Assembly (NCBI GenBank): GCA_003427395.1
Contig: BFEA01000004.1
Location: 6,681,158 to 6,740,997, forward strand
Reading direction: 5' to 3'
DNA length: 59,840 bases
From: Chara braunii
Taxonomy: Eukaryota > Plantae > Charophyceae
Both the position numbers and the translations under genes were made by a program. Below, one piece after another: positions 46,036 through 59,563 of this stretch; positions within the stretch are counted from its first letter, which is position 1; each line of letters opens with the position of its first letter. Below the pieces are notes generated by a model that made no database searches, had not been told where the DNA came from, and saw nothing but the letters and a program-made list of their open reading frames with translations.

Positions 46036-49000
46036 CCCCCCCCCCCCTTCCTTGTGAAAGCCCTTTTATAAGGTCACTATCCCAGCAGTGGTAAGAGAAC
46101 CACCGGAATTGAGGCATTGGTTGTTGGGCTGCTCCATCATCGGCTTTCAGTGGAGTTTGAGCTTAGGTTTGCGTTTCAACAATTAATGCGCGTACCAACT
46201 GAACCTGGCTACAGTCCCAATGTAGGACTTCGCTACACGGGTCGTCCCAAGTGATAACAACGGCTTACGGGCGCACCAGCTAAGCTAAGCCCATCAGCCT
46301 CACCATTGGTCTCCGAACCGGTACCGAGAATTAAAATAGTCAAAAAAAAAAAACAAAAAAAAAACGACGGTACTTAAGAAAAAAAAAGAGGGGGGGAATT
46401 GCTGGTACCCCCTTGACCCCATTGACTGGGCCCGTGCCTGGGACCGACAAGCAAAACTAAGGGGGATAGTCCCAACCCCTTGGTCCTTGGTACGTTGGCA
46501 GTGCTCCTTCGCCCCTTCATCGTCGGCTGCTAGCCTAGATCCCTATACCTACGATTTGTAAGTCAAGTGTTGTAACCAATAGTGCTTAGCCCAAGATTGA
46601 TTTTAGCAATCACGCAATTCCATATAGACAGGTACCATGCGGCGCGTTGACCTACCGTGACACACCAAGGGTCACATCCTTCCCTACCAGTTGAACCCAC
46701 GACCACCAAGCTCCTTCATCTACCTTGCGGAGGCCTGATCCATGTCTTACTCCACCATTCACTCCCCTACCACACAAACGTTGTGCGGCCGTTAAAACCA
46801 ACCTCCGTACGAGCGAACGCACACCACGGTTATATGTACCGACCAACGGAAAAAGTCGCAGTCCTAATTTAATCGAAATCAAAAAGTTGGTTGGCAGATG
46901 CACAAACACTATAACATCAATAAGAAACATCACACGCGCCTCAAAACAGCGCGCCCACGCATTCTCACCTTTTCCCTTGAACACACAGTCGATCACAAAA
47001 AGAAACCTAGCCGCGACTCACACGGCGCACGCAACTTTCGACCCTAAATTTTTAATCAATACTCTTTTTTTGTCACTCGTAAAAAACAGGGCGGATACCC
47101 TTGTAAGGGTATGCGCACTGACACCGCGTCAAACTAGGAACTAGGCCTACTTGTATTGGCATCGGGTTCCTTCGAACAGGTACCAGTTCTTGCCTATCCA
47201 TTCCCAACACATTCAAGACCTGAAAAAGTACAGAAACAAAGTAACAAAATCATGACCCTATGGGCCTACGCTATCTACCGGGAAACACTATGAAAACCGA
47301 GCTCAAAGCATTTAACAAGTCTCGGGTTCAATTCCCGTCTAGCAAAAAAAACAAAACAGAAGAAGGGCATTTCCGAAAGTACCGGAATCATGACCCTACG
47401 CTATTTGCCGAAAAACACTGAAAACCAGGCTCAAAGACATTCGACAAGTTTTGGGTTCGATACCCCCGAGGCAAACACAACAAAGATCCCTGTACGAATG
47501 TGAGCAAAAAAAAAAAACTAACCATGCATTTATCAGTCGGTCGCACTACAACAACTCGGTAAAACGACAATCTGACCTAACACACCACATGTGACAAGAG
47601 GTCAACAGTCCTTCCTCAGATCGCATCCTCTCTCTTTGCAAATCGGCGAAGCACAGGAAGGAAGAAACGACGAGAGAAGTCTTTCAGTCTTAGTTCTTTC
47701 ATTAGACAGATCACTCATGAAGGGATTTCCGAACGGATCGATGTACTTCGATCTATCCGGTGTAGGTAACTCCCTACGATAGATCACTCTTCTGCCTCTT
47801 GCAGCCCCATGATAGATAAGACTGCCCCTTTTGAATCTCAAGTCGATCCTCCTTCCACATACTTTCCTCGTTCTTAGTCATTTGGACACAACCTATATAA
47901 AGGTACGTACTGTCAGTACATACGTGACATCCCAAAAAATCAAAGCTGTCAGAACCGTCGTCCATCCGTTTGAGGCACAAGTCATCTGGATAACAAACTT
48001 CGAAGCATCGTTGTATCTCCGTCTTCACTACATTTGAGATGTCGAAGGCGAACATAGCGACGTCATCAATCAATCTAATGCCGAAGATCTTTGCTTTCCA
48101 TCTCCCCAGGATCGCAAGAAAACGATACTCAGCATGTGCACACATGATGCACGCCAAAGGAGGACTTGATTTTCCCCATTGGGATGCCAACGTTCTGCTT
48201 CAGTAGAATCCGAGTGGCATATGTGTAACAGTGTAAGTATGTAGGAGTTCAATCTCCAAGAATCGCAAAATATCGCGGAGATTGATCCTCCTCCAGTGGT
48301 CATCACCTGTAGTGAGCCCGAATGTACTTCCTCTCCCTCTGGTATTCACCCTCACGATCTCCCTCCCTTTTCTTATGTGATGGGTGATGATCCAATTCAC
48401 TGCTTGCATGATGTCAGTGTGGGGTAGTCTATTGAACATAATATCGTACGACATACCTCACACATCAGATCGACTACCCATAACCTTGCTATTAATTTTC
48501 CTCAATCGATCCGCCAAATGTGAAAGAACATACAAATTAAAATGCCAAATTGAATCACATGGTAGTGAAAACAGCAGGTGGTTCAAACCCTTGGCCGTCA
48601 GTCTGCCTCTCCATACAGTCGGCTCTCCGAAGGTAGGATAAATTGGTATGAACTTGATAACATCATTTTGCTTCGGTAACACGTATGTCGCTCCTAAATA
48701 TCCCCTGTTATCCCATCTGGCCATCTTTCCCAGACCACTGCCATACATCTCCTCCGTCACCTCTTGCAAAACCCACTCTTCAAAGTTCAACATCTCACTG
48801 TAACCGCCATTCCTCACAAAGGTCGGCATCATAGCCTCGAAGTACACCTTAGGGCACAATACCAGGGTTTGCCCTGGATTGCGGTCCATAGGGGTACACA
48901 CCAAGCCACTCAGGCGTTTCTTCAACCTCAGAACGTCATCAACTGCGATGTAAGCATCCGGTTCTTCCTTTCGGCACATGAAACACCTACCTAAGTCCTC

Positions 49001-50640
49001 CTTCTCAATGCATATCTACTTCCGTCGGTAGTTACTCCATTGGTCAAAGTTGGTCACCACCTCGTGTCTGAGCAAATCAATCCTACTACCAAATTCATGA
49101 ATAGGAGTATTCCTTGCATTGAGAAGTAATGGTTGCGCGTCGCACAAGGTGTTGAGACGGAAGCACATTTGAGCTACCACACGTGGGAAGGATAAGCCTG
49201 CGCAATTGCAGGTTAGCACATCGCATGCGGCATACTGCCGCTGGTTGTGCAAGATGTCCCCAACAGACTGTTTTCTGGTCCAGACTGGCGGACTTACTTA
49301 CGTGCATGTGCCTTAAAGCAAGCCGGCAAATCACATTCCATCACTAAATCATTAATCACTTTCCTCAACTCAGACAGTCGTATGCGGTTATCAAATTTTG
49401 CACGTACGACGAGGTAAGCACTTAGACTCAATTCAAACCTCTTGTTGAACACGCCTTGCAGCAAACGTCGCAGGTATTTCCGAGTCGATTTTCGGCTAAA
49501 ATCTGTATTAACTCCATATAACCGTAGTACTGATCTCATGCTCCAAGAGTAGATTTCATTAAGCATCCTAGTGGTTTTCAAAATGCCAATCAAGACCAAG
49601 TTTTAACGCACGACATCGGGGTTTCCAAACTACCAGGTGCACAATTTTGAAACACCCCCCTCCTTCAATCAGTCCTTTAGTGTTGTTCAGTAGAACTTCA
49701 CGTCTGTCAAACTTGACTCACCAAAAACTTTCCTAACCTTCTTCCAAGGAGTGCACCATGTGTTCGCTCCATCAGTCCGTAAATCAAAACGTGTGCATCC
49801 TCTAGAGTCTAGAGGAGTAGTTTTCAAGAAAATCCTCGATATTGACTAAGTCACCTTCCTGCTCCATACTTAAGAAGTTAATATGTCGCACCTCCTTGTA
49901 CGGTTTTCCCGGTTGAGCCTGAGGGTTCTTCTTCCTTCGTTCCCTTGCCCCATTCCTCGTCCTTTTCTTCTTCCTATGTTTTTTCGTCACGGTGACCCGT
50001 ACGTGTTCAAAACTGGCGACCATTGCCTAATGTATGTGCTCTCCAGATTATCAATGTCAAATCCACTCATCACATCAACATGAATTAGAACATATTTGTA
50101 AGTACCGAAGCGACCAAGCCAACGATTAAAGTGCGTCTGTGCCGTGAATTTACATCCATACAAGTGCTCCTTCCAGTGTGTATCGACGTCCCGACACATC
50201 TTTCCAACATATTGCGAGCCGCAATATGGGGACACGGCTATATACACCTCATTCTTGAGGCTCAAGAACTCAAAACCATACTTCTCATACAATCTCAACC
50301 AAGACTCAACACACTTCCTATTCCAGCGGATGCATCCAGCAATGGCCAACCTCACTACCACTAATCGTAGTAGTTCCTCGATTCTACGGTTGCATTCCGT
50401 AGACTTACCTCGCAGATCCATGAAAAGGTCACAAAACCGCCAATACTCGGCAATACCAAAACCACAGCAAAGTCCGCGTCGGTGTGCGTTTCGTGGGCAG
50501 CTCCATCGGTGGACTACCTTCGAACACGACCTCGGGGCCTCTCTTCCGCTTCTCATGAATGATGAGGTTACCTGTCCTTGCCCGGATGTCCTCCGTATCA
50601 CTATTCACGAGCTCATAGTGGTGGTTGAGGAGAGTCATTA
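46036..50640 (-). mobile_element. Second, more decayed Chlamys/Naiad-type PLE of a divergent subfamily, 5' truncated
   Basis: ORF1 remnant EKRKRGPEVVFEGSPPM. EN: EVYIAVSPYCGSQYVGK..KEH..E..N. CNC at 49202-49210. RT: YVLPKQND, GKSSPPL, IRLIDD, FDFLGC. Collinear with copy 1 down to ~47570. The 3' limit is uncertain because of the gap at 46011-46035. Confidence 0.85.
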
Positions 50641-50648
50641 CGCATTTA

Positions 50649-50770
50649 GGGCCTTGCTCCACCACTCACCCAATTTGCAAAATGAGAATGAACCTTCCGC
50701 TAGACATGGGAACATGCAGCGCAATAATTTTTGTCTTTTGTGGATGTGGTCAGTGGTGGCACATGGTCCT
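50649..50770. mobile_element. Tourist-like MITE family A at the truncated 5' end of PLE copy 2
   Basis: gggccttgctccaccactc...gcaaaatgagaatgaaccttccgctag; the right TIR is decayed. Confidence 0.6.
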
Positions 50771-51539
50771 TCCAAAGATCTTTAAATCCTGACGAAGCAG
50801 AGGGACGGAGGAAAAAATAAAAATAAAAAAATCAGCAGCAGCAGGTAAACGAGAGGAGCATGTTATGCGTTTACGCCGTTTAGAAAACTTCTAAGAACTT
50901 AAAAGACCTATTTCTTTTCCCCTTGTTCTTCTCTTGGTTTAATTTATATTTTTTTAAATAACAAACCTGGTTTCTCAAAGGGAAAAACCCTGGCCTTTCC
51001 CTCCCCCCCCAAAAAAAATCAGCCTGTAGATCACGTTGACTTACAGTCAGATACATGTAATGATTGTAATCCAGGTAAGGTCATACTTCATAACTTTATT
51101 TTTCCTTTGTATCCGACTGCAATTACGGCCAGATATGAAGGCTGAAAAAAAAAAAAANNNNNNNNNNNNNNNNNNNNNNNNNNNNNNNNNNNNNNNNNNN
51201 NNNNNNNNNNNNNNNNNNNNNNNNNNNNNNNNNNNNNNNNNNNNNNNNNNNNNNNNNNNNNNNNNNNNNNNNNNNNNNNNNNNNNNNNNNNNNNNNNNNN
51301 NNNNNNNNNNNNNNNNNNNNNNNNNNNNNNNNNNNNNNNNNNNNNNNNNNNNNNNNNNNNNNNNNNNNNNNNNNNNNNNNNNNNNNNNNNNNNNNNNNNN
51401 NNNNNNNNNNNNNNNNNNNNNNNNNNNNNNNNNNNNNNNNNNNNNNNNNNNNNTTTTTTTTTTTGGCGGAGATCATTATGCATTTAGAAAAGTCTGCCTG
51501 TGTTCTCTCTGTGCATTTCCAAACACTTCTTATTCACTA

Positions 51540-51855
51540 ACCGTGTGGAATGGAAGAGGAAGGCCATGCTCACACTACCACTTTTCCACTTATTTCTGGA
51601 CGGAATCCCGACCAGATTCATACCGCTCCGGCCGTAAATGCCTTCCGATACGTTCAAGATAGTGCTACTGTGAGTACGCCCGTGGCGCCGCTATACTTTG
51701 GACTCTGTGGACCTTGAGGAACTCCGCGACTCGCCGGCACGAGCGCCTTACTCCACCCAATGGCATGGTGAGGGCGGAGGTGAAATACGACATTAAGCAA
51801 ACAATTCTTGTAGAATGGACCTTTAAAGTCCAACGTTACCATAAGCAAAGCCAGG

Positions 51856-51860
<5 letters not shown>
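51540..51860 (+). mobile_element. LINE ORF2 C-terminal fragment, same family as 41706-43270
   Basis: AAILWTLWTLRN..TPPNGMVRAEVKYDIKQTILVEWTFKVQ matches AAIVWTIWNLRN..TPPMVRAEIKYAIKQVVLADWEYKVQ. Confidence 0.7.
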
Positions 51861-51886
<26 letters not shown>

Positions 51887-51938
51887 GCCAGGTAATGGCC
51901 CTGGTATTTCAAATCTTGTGTATAATGCTATATGGGAC

Positions 51939-51976
51939 CTGTCTCTTATACACATCTAGATGTGTATAAGAGACAG
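51939..51976. other. Nextera mate-pair junction adapter (assembly artefact)
   Basis: Exact CTGTCTCTTATACACATCT+AGATGTGTATAAGAGACAG. Confidence 0.97.
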
Positions 51977-53543
51977 CACGAATAGATTGGAGCATTTTGT
52001 CCCCCCCCCCAAAAAAAAAAAAGAAAAAAAACAGTGAGGGATTCGCGACAAAAGCACTGAAGTTGTTTCGTTCGTGCTGGCATCATTTTCCAGGTCTGTT
52101 GACGATTGCTGTCGCAGCCGATGGGAGGCCGGAGATGTGTTTCTCCTCCTTTTTGTGACATATTTGTGGTTTGTAAATAGCCAGCAGTTTGTATTCTCTG
52201 TGTATTTGCTCGGGCCCAGGAGACTGCGGTGTCGACGGATGTACGCTTTTGGCTGGGGATCGTCTGATATATGCCCACTAGGCCAAGGAAATAGTTTACC
52301 TTGCAACCTTTTCTATGATTGGAGGGAAGCTGGACCTGTTTTTGGGACTTGTATGGTTCGAAAGCAGCCACCCGATGAACCTGGCCGGAGTGCCAGGATC
52401 ATACAACACCGGCTGCCCATTAAAAAAAAAAAAAAAAAAAAAAAAAAGTTTGGAACAAGACCACACAGACAGCTGTCAATTAGGACGTTCCAGGCAGCTT
52501 GTTCTTTTTCTCGTTTTTTTTTTCACCTTGTTCTTTTTCTCTTTAGAAGTTTTCACCAAATAACTTTTTGCCCTAGGGCTTTCAAGCCCGGCTTTTATAA
52601 AGACATTGTTCATTGAAAAAAAAAAAAAAAATGAAAAAAAAAAANNNNNNNNNNNNNNNNNNNNNNNNNNNNNNNNNNNNNNNNNNNNNNNNNNNNNNNN
52701 NNNNNNNNNNNNNNNNNNNNNNNNNNNNNNNNNNNNNNNNNNNNNNNNNNNNNNNNNNNNNNNNNNNNNNNNNNNNNNNNNNNNNNNNNNNNNNNNNNNN
52801 NNNNNNNNNNNNNNNNNNNNNNNNNNNNNNNNNNNNNNNNNNNNNNNNNNNNNNNNNNNNNNNNNNNNNNNNNNNNNNNNNNNNNNNNNNNNNNNNNNNN
52901 NNNNNNNNNNNNNNNNNNNNNNNNNNNNNNNNNNNNNNNNNNNNNNNNNNNNNNNNNNNNNNNNNNNNNNNNNNNNNNNNNNNNNNNNNNNNNNNNNNNN
53001 NNNNNNNNNNNNNNNNNNNNNNNNNNNNNNNNNCTCTTGCAGCACCCGGGGAGGAGGGGCATTCAGAATAGGGGCTTTGGAAAATCGATTATAGCAAAAC
53101 CTTGGACAAAAGTCCGGTTCCACCATTGCACACTATTATGTAAGGTTACTTGCACCGCATCCCCCCACGATCCTCATAATCCACGAATCCACTCAAGTTG
53201 GGGGCCACAGTTTACACAGACTACCCGGATTAACAGCCACATGCTAACCTAATTAATCAGTCAAACACGTGGCAGGGCACCAATCAATCACACCGGCGGC
53301 CGTGGTGCCAATCGTCGCTTCTCCGCCTGCCCAGCCAATCAATCACACAAGCAGCCCTGATGCCAACCTTCAGTGCACTGCCTGCTCTGACACGTGGCGT
53401 AATCCTAAATTGTAAAAAACTGCAAGAAATGAAAATCGCCAATTTTGCTTGGCAAGGCAATGAGCAAAGACCTGAGTGAACCACAGTTGTCCTGTTGCCA
53501 CGTGGCAAAAACAGGAAGCGACGATCCAGCTATCTAGCTTTCA

Positions 53544-54600
53544 CTATCCCACCCCCTCACGCCACCACCCCACTCCTCGCGCCCACACCCAGCCCTCCCG
53601 TTTGCAAATCAACCCAATCTTCCTCGCCACTCGCCCATCCCCAATCGAACTTACCACCTCGTGAGTGGTGTCGTTTTTGTTATCGTTGATGTTGTTGTTG
53701 TTGTTGTAAACATCGAAAGGACGAAGATCCAGGCCTCTACCCCACCCTGCTACCCTCCCACCCGGATCCCATGGAAGCACCGCAGTGCTATTTCGCCCGC
53801 ACGAGCAGCGCCAGATACACATGAACATGCACAAAATCATCCCCTCCCCAAGAGGCCTACCTCCACCGAACATGGCAAGAATCGTGGGAGAAGCCTGCCG
53901 CACCCTGCGATTGGCCCCGTCCGAATCGATGTTGCAATTGTTGTCAGAAATATTGCCGTCGTTATTGGCGACCTGGATGACTTGGATGCGAACGTCATGG
54001 TGATCTTCACGAAGATCACTGTCTTCGCCGTTATTATTGTTGCTGTTATTGTTGCTGTTGTTGTTGTGGTTGTTGTCATCGTTACCGATGTCGTTGTTAT
54101 TGTTGTCGTTGCTGTTGACGGCGTCGATGAGAGCGACAGCGGTGAGATTGTCGTTGTTTTTACTGTCGATGTTGATAGCATCTTCGGCGATAGGGTTGAT
54201 GTTGTTAGCGTCTTCGATGATGTTGTTGTCATCATCATAGCAGCGGTCCTCCAGCGTAGCACAAAGTTCTTGCCCCTCCTCAAGCTCCTCGTAGTACTGC
54301 TGCATCAAGTCATCCAATCATGGCCAGTATATAAACGCACGCAGATTGGGGGGCGGCCCCTCCACCAACCCCCATGTGGACTCCAGTAAACACTGCCGCT
54401 CACTCAGGATCCACGAGAACGACGGAACAATCATTTCGGCAGCCGCCGATCGCAGCTTTGCCACCGCCTGGCTTACACGCGCCTTGCTCACTTGGACGGT
54501 AGTAAGCCACGCATCAGCCCCCAATTCACCCGAACATGCCATCGCCAACCACCCCTCAATTCTCACCTCTTCGTGTATTACACCCCACGTCACACACCCC
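53544..54600 (-). repeat. Dispersed element with an Asn-rich ORF (copy 2)
   Basis: VEGP..LMQQYYEELEEGQELC, poly-Asn/Asp tracts and PWDPGG. Confidence 0.45.
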
Positions 54601-54992
54601 TACACACACCTAGCAACACCCCTCCTTACTGATCTCACCCTCCCTAGAGGTCCACAGATAACGTGCCACGTGGCATGCATCCGATCAGCTCAGAGGCCAC
54701 GTCAGATGACGGGAGAGCCACCCTGACGTGTTGCACGAGGAGCAGGCCGTGCCGTGCCGGCCGGTCCCCTGTGGGGGACCAAGGTGCAAGCGGTCCGTAT
54801 TGCAGCCGCTGCACTTCTTATCTCTAGTAGGACTATTTCCTTTCGACTCCCGATGTGAGCTTGGCCGGCGATGCCTTGTTCATAATTGGGAGCTGCCTGC
54901 ACATATGTGAGGGAAGTCGGGCCCGTTTTCCGACTTGTATAATAAACTACCTTTTAAGAAAGAAAAATGACAGGCACCTTTTCTTTTTTTTT

Positions 54993-55200
54993 TTAACCAC
55001 CAGTACTTGGGACAGCTATCGGCCGCAGCGCTTTCCCGTTAATGCGCCTCGCCTTTAGGGCTTCGGGGTACCGGACCACAATGGCTGGAAGCGCCACCCA
55101 ACAAAATTTCGAAACGGTACCCCGGCGCTTCGGCGAAAATCGGCGCGCAGGGGCATTCCAGGCTCGACATCGATAGCTGGGCCAAGTACTGGTGGTTTAA
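54993..55200. mobile_element. TTAA-flanked MITE, same TIR family
   Basis: ttaaccaccagtacttgggacagctatcg ... cgatagctgggccaagtactggtggtttaa. Confidence 0.7.
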
Positions 55201-55255
55201 ATAAGGCTCCGATCTATTCTTTTTTTTTTTTTTTTTTTTCCACCTTGTTCTTCTT

Positions 55256-55625
55256 CTCAGTTGGTAAGGCACGCAAGTGGCATTCAAGAGGTCTTGGGTT
55301 CAATCCCCATTGGCCTCATGTACCTTCCTGGGCAAGCTTGGCACCCGCCACCTAGAGATATGCCGTTGGTCCCCCCGAGTGGCATTGAGCAGAGACTGCT
55401 GATGTTCATAGGGGGAGGGGACCGGAGGGGAGGCACAGTGACTGGCCCATTGAAGAAGCTCGGTCCTGATGCTACCGGCTGACCCCTGGCCGGTATCGCC
55501 CACCTGCTGTACCAGGTATCGCACCTGCTGGTGGGTGCAGCTCCCACATGTTCCCTCATTGGAGGCTTGAGCGGATGTGGCTGCTATGGGGTTCCCCGTA
55601 ATACTATAATGACAATAAAAAAAAG
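55256..55625 (+). mobile_element. Putative tRNA-derived SINE (tRNA-like head 55256-55318)
   Basis: ctcagttggtaaggcac...gaggtcttgggttcaatcccc (partial A-box plus B-box), then a unique body and an A-rich end. No TSD identified. Confidence 0.45.
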
Positions 55626-55720
55626 GTCTGAAAGGCCGTCCTGTCCAGATAAGTGACTCTCATACCTCTAGAATCCAGCCTCTACAACAACCTGGGCTTC
55701 AAAAAAACAAAACAAAAAAA

Positions 55721-55906
55721 GGGTAACTTCAGTAGAGTCACAAAAACGAGTTATAATTGCACTATGGGCCAAGATACAGTTTGCAATTGCACTTCGGGCA
55801 CCCTACCTGGCTAGAAAGCTGCATTTCCCAAACTGCAATTCGAAACTGTATCTTGGCCCATAGTGCAATTATAACTCATTTTTGTGACTTCCGCGGAGTT
55901 TTCACC
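55721..55906. mobile_element. Fold-back (Mutator-like) MITE
   Basis: Long inverted arms agtcacaaaaacgagttataattgcactatgggccaagatacagttt and its reverse complement. Confidence 0.7.
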
Positions 55907-55992
55907 AAATAATTTTTTGCCCTTTCTTTTGGAAACAGGTGAAGGAGTTGATGAACCAGTCGGACAAGACCATACTCACCCTACGGTCCCTG

Positions 55993-56105
55993 CCCTTCTT
56001 CCCCCCAAATACAACACGTGGTCATTATAACTGCATTGGGGTATCTATCAGTCTAAATACATAAAGTATAATGACCTTACGTTGCATTAGCAGGGGGAAG
56101 AAGGG
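55993..56105. mobile_element. Tc2/pogo-like MITE, decayed (another copy at 11308-11409)
   Basis: Same TIR family as the 9.2-10 kb copies. Confidence 0.6.
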
Positions 56106-56354
56106 TAGGACTTTCCGGGATGTACCTGACGGCAATTACTTCCCGTCTCGGATGCATCTGACGGCAAATTACATCCTCAGATCAGTTACAAAAGATTTCA
56201 TCATGATGCGGGTATGGCCTCACTTGGAACGAAGGCATGAGGCACATGGCTTAGAAAGCAACCAAGAACGCAAACACAATTCCTTTTCCTCGGACTTATC
56301 CGATGTATCAGACTTCAATCACGTCCAGAAATGAAAGGAAAAGCTCTAGTCTGA

Positions 56355-57638
56355 GGGCACGCTCACACTGGGGTGTGACGCCCAACCTCACACCCGGCGC
56401 GACTTCCTACCGACCTTCCCCATCACAGATGACGACAGCGTCTACTGCGATGCGGACGTACGGCGCGCGCTGAGGCGAACGGAGCAAGTGTGCTGGCGAG
56501 ACCCGCCTCGGGCTTGTGATATAAGGGGGAACGGGTTTGTCTTGATTGAGCGTTTTGATTCCCCGGCTCCAATATTACCTTATACGGGTTTGACTGTGCT
56601 GCCGCATCGTCTGCAATTTCTGCACGGCGTGTGGGGCCAATACGGGGCTATGGAGTTCCACGGGACCACCGTGAGTTGGTGGTATGGGAGGAGGATGTGG
56701 AAGGGAGGGAAATTGGTGGCGATAACAACGAAGCCGAAGGATATGAAACACTGCGTGTAATACGTAGTTGGGTAGTTGGGAGCCCTCGGGTCGCTGGTTA
56801 TAGCACGGCGGAAGTCCCTGGGACACAGTCGGTCGTTCTCGGTTAGACAAAGGAATTCCGGATGTCGCAGCCTTAGTTGTTCTCCCTCCCAGTATTCACT
56901 GTACTCTGGATTCCGCAACCCTTCCCAGTCCGCGAGGTACGACATCTTGGCATTTCGGCGGATCACTAGCTACGGCGTAGTGAGAACCTTCGGCACGCAT
57001 CGGATCGTACCTCGATTGACCAAGGAATTTCCGGGTATGGGGGCGGAAATTCCTACCGGCTCAATTCTCGCAAAATGGAAATTTTGCGCTTGTCCCGATA
57101 CTAGAGGTGCCAGGTTCATCAGTGATCACGAATCGCCCGCGTGTGGACACGTGTAGGCCGCGCTGATCAGATCGCGCTTACACGTGTGCACACGAGGTGT
57201 TCGGTCGTACACGGGCCTGTTGGCTGATTCTCGTGCAAAAGTGAGAGTTCAATCCTACATGCAAAATCTCCACGTGGCATAGATACCCACCCAATCATCC
57301 AATCATTCAAGGATCCTTCAAACAATCATTTTCGATCACGCAAAATGACACCACACACATCAGACACCGCAACAACATCAAACTCTTATCGTGACGACAG
57401 TAGACCAAGGTGATAAACAACGATGATGATTAGGCAAAAAAACGACAAGCATATCATTCCATCAGAACTCGTCCATCAATATACACAGAAGAGGAAGGAT
57501 CGAGACCGAATGAGGCACCATTCAAGACAAAGATGCCGAAAGAAAATACGGGCGAATTGCCCGAGCCGCAGTCAAAACTTATATACAAAAAGGAAAGGAA
57601 AGGACAAAGAAACTTGCAACTTCACGCCCATCCATCTC

Positions 57639-57721
<83 letters not shown>

Positions 57722-59520
57722 CCCCCCCCGATGCGGACAGTCCGTCATCACGCACCAACCCACGAAGTTGTCACCCCGCTTAGTCCTCTTGTACCCGTCG
57801 AGTTCGCCCGCGCACTACAGTCCGCCGTAGCCCCACGCGTCAACCCCGCACATTCGGCACCAGCTCGTCGGGTCACCCAACTCCCACTTCACTCACCTCT
57901 TACCTCGCTCGTGAGCTGACCCTCACTGAACGCGCTACCCTGAGCTTCCAGCAACTGTTTTAAAGAGCTATCTAATCACGCAGCCGAAATTTATAGCGTG
58001 CATGCATGCGCGACGAACACGGAAATGCAAGGACTTAGAAGGGAGAGAAGGGGAGGGAGTGCCTGCGTTCTGCATAGCCAGATCGCGGTGTGGGGTACAT
58101 AGCCACTCTCCACGCATCGATCGATCATGCAGCCCGCGGGCCAACTAGACACAGCAAAGAAGGGAGAGGGCGGGAAAGATGAAGCTCAAGAAGAAAGATA
58201 CAGTTACAATGGCGCCCTGCCCAAAATAAGAGTTACACGCACAATTAAGGGCGCCGACTAATCAGAGTTCCGTTGCAGCCGCAAGAAGAAACGCGTGAGC
58301 AAAGAGCACCACGCGGCAAAAGAAATTCCGAATTCCTAAATTCCTAAATTCCTATTTAACGTGAAAAATGCTGAAAGAACTTTATTAAAGCACAAATCCT
58401 GAAAGGAAAGTCCGAAATTCCGAGAGCCATCGAGGGTTCAAAAAAGAAAGAAATTTAAAAAGAAAGAAGCAAAAACTCCCGCCCGATTACCGCGCCGAAA
58501 ACCCGACAGCAGAACAAGAAAGAAGCGACGTCAAACATTATTAATCGCGCCTCTGTCGGCGTGCCCGCCACTCAATCGACCATCCCGGGATTTGCCCATC
58601 CCTGGTCCCAGCCATCCGAAAAGAGGCGACGTAAAAAGAAGACCAAACAAGGATACTGATGCAATTTCCTGTCGATCCCATCTCCCCTAATTGGCCCAAC
58701 CTTCCCATCTTAGGACCCCTCATTGTCATCGCGCAGAAAGTCGCACGGCACAGAAAGTGGTTCGTCACAGAGGTACCAAATCCTTATATAATCCCCCAAA
58801 TCCCCCCAAAAATAGTCTGGAGGAATCGTCACACCAGGATCTTATTTCCCCAAACTACTTATTCGTGACCCCATTTGTCAGCGACCTGAGGGGCCCCGCG
58901 GGGGTTGGGAATTTGCGGTGACCTACCTCCGGAGGTTACCTCAAATAATTCCCTTTCCCTTTCTTGTTCGCAATCAAGATGCGGGAATGGAAATAAATTT
59001 GAGGGATAGTCACTCCAGGACCTTATTTCCCCAAACTACTTATTTGTCACCCCATTTGTCAGCGGCCTGAGGGGCCCCGCGGGGGTTGGGAATTTGTGCT
59101 AACCTCCGGAGGCGGGAATGGAAATAAATTTTTGGGATAGTCACACCAGGACCTTATTTCCCCAAACTATTTATTTGTCAAATTGTCACCCCATTTGTCC
59201 GCGGCCTGAGGGGCCCCGCGGGGGTTGGGAATTTGCGGTAACCTACCTCGGGAGGGTACCTCAAATAATTCCCTCTCTTGTTTGGAATCAAGCTGCGGAA
59301 ATGGAAAGAAATTCGAAGACGGAGATATTCCCAGGAAATGCGATCTCGCAGTGTGACTGGCGCAGTCAAAGAGGACTCAAAATCCGGGCGGCCACACTTC
59401 TTCCTTGTCTGTTGCAAAATGGGGAAGCAGTGTGAGGGGTCCAGCCAGGATTTTTCCCCAAATGGGGCATCCCATTTTTTAAAGAAAATACGATCTTGGG
59501 TACGCAGTGTGAGCGTGCGC
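56355..59520. mobile_element. Family B TIR pair enclosing ~3.1 kb (split MITE or cargo-carrying Harbinger-like element)
   Basis: tga-gggcacgctcacactg ... cagtgtgagcgtgcgc-tga. Confidence 0.55.
58828..59300 (+). repeat. Tandem repeat, 3 units of ~130-180 bp
   Basis: caggaccttatttccccaaactac...cctgaggggccccgcgggggttgggaatttg occurs three times. Confidence 0.85.
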
Positions 59521-59563
59521 TGAATATCCCTCAAAAGGAAAATATGCCCTCAAAAGGGTTAAT

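Noticed and set aside
58828-59300. CRISPR-like array
   Set aside because: Long tandem units with no unique spacers, no cas genes and a eukaryotic context.
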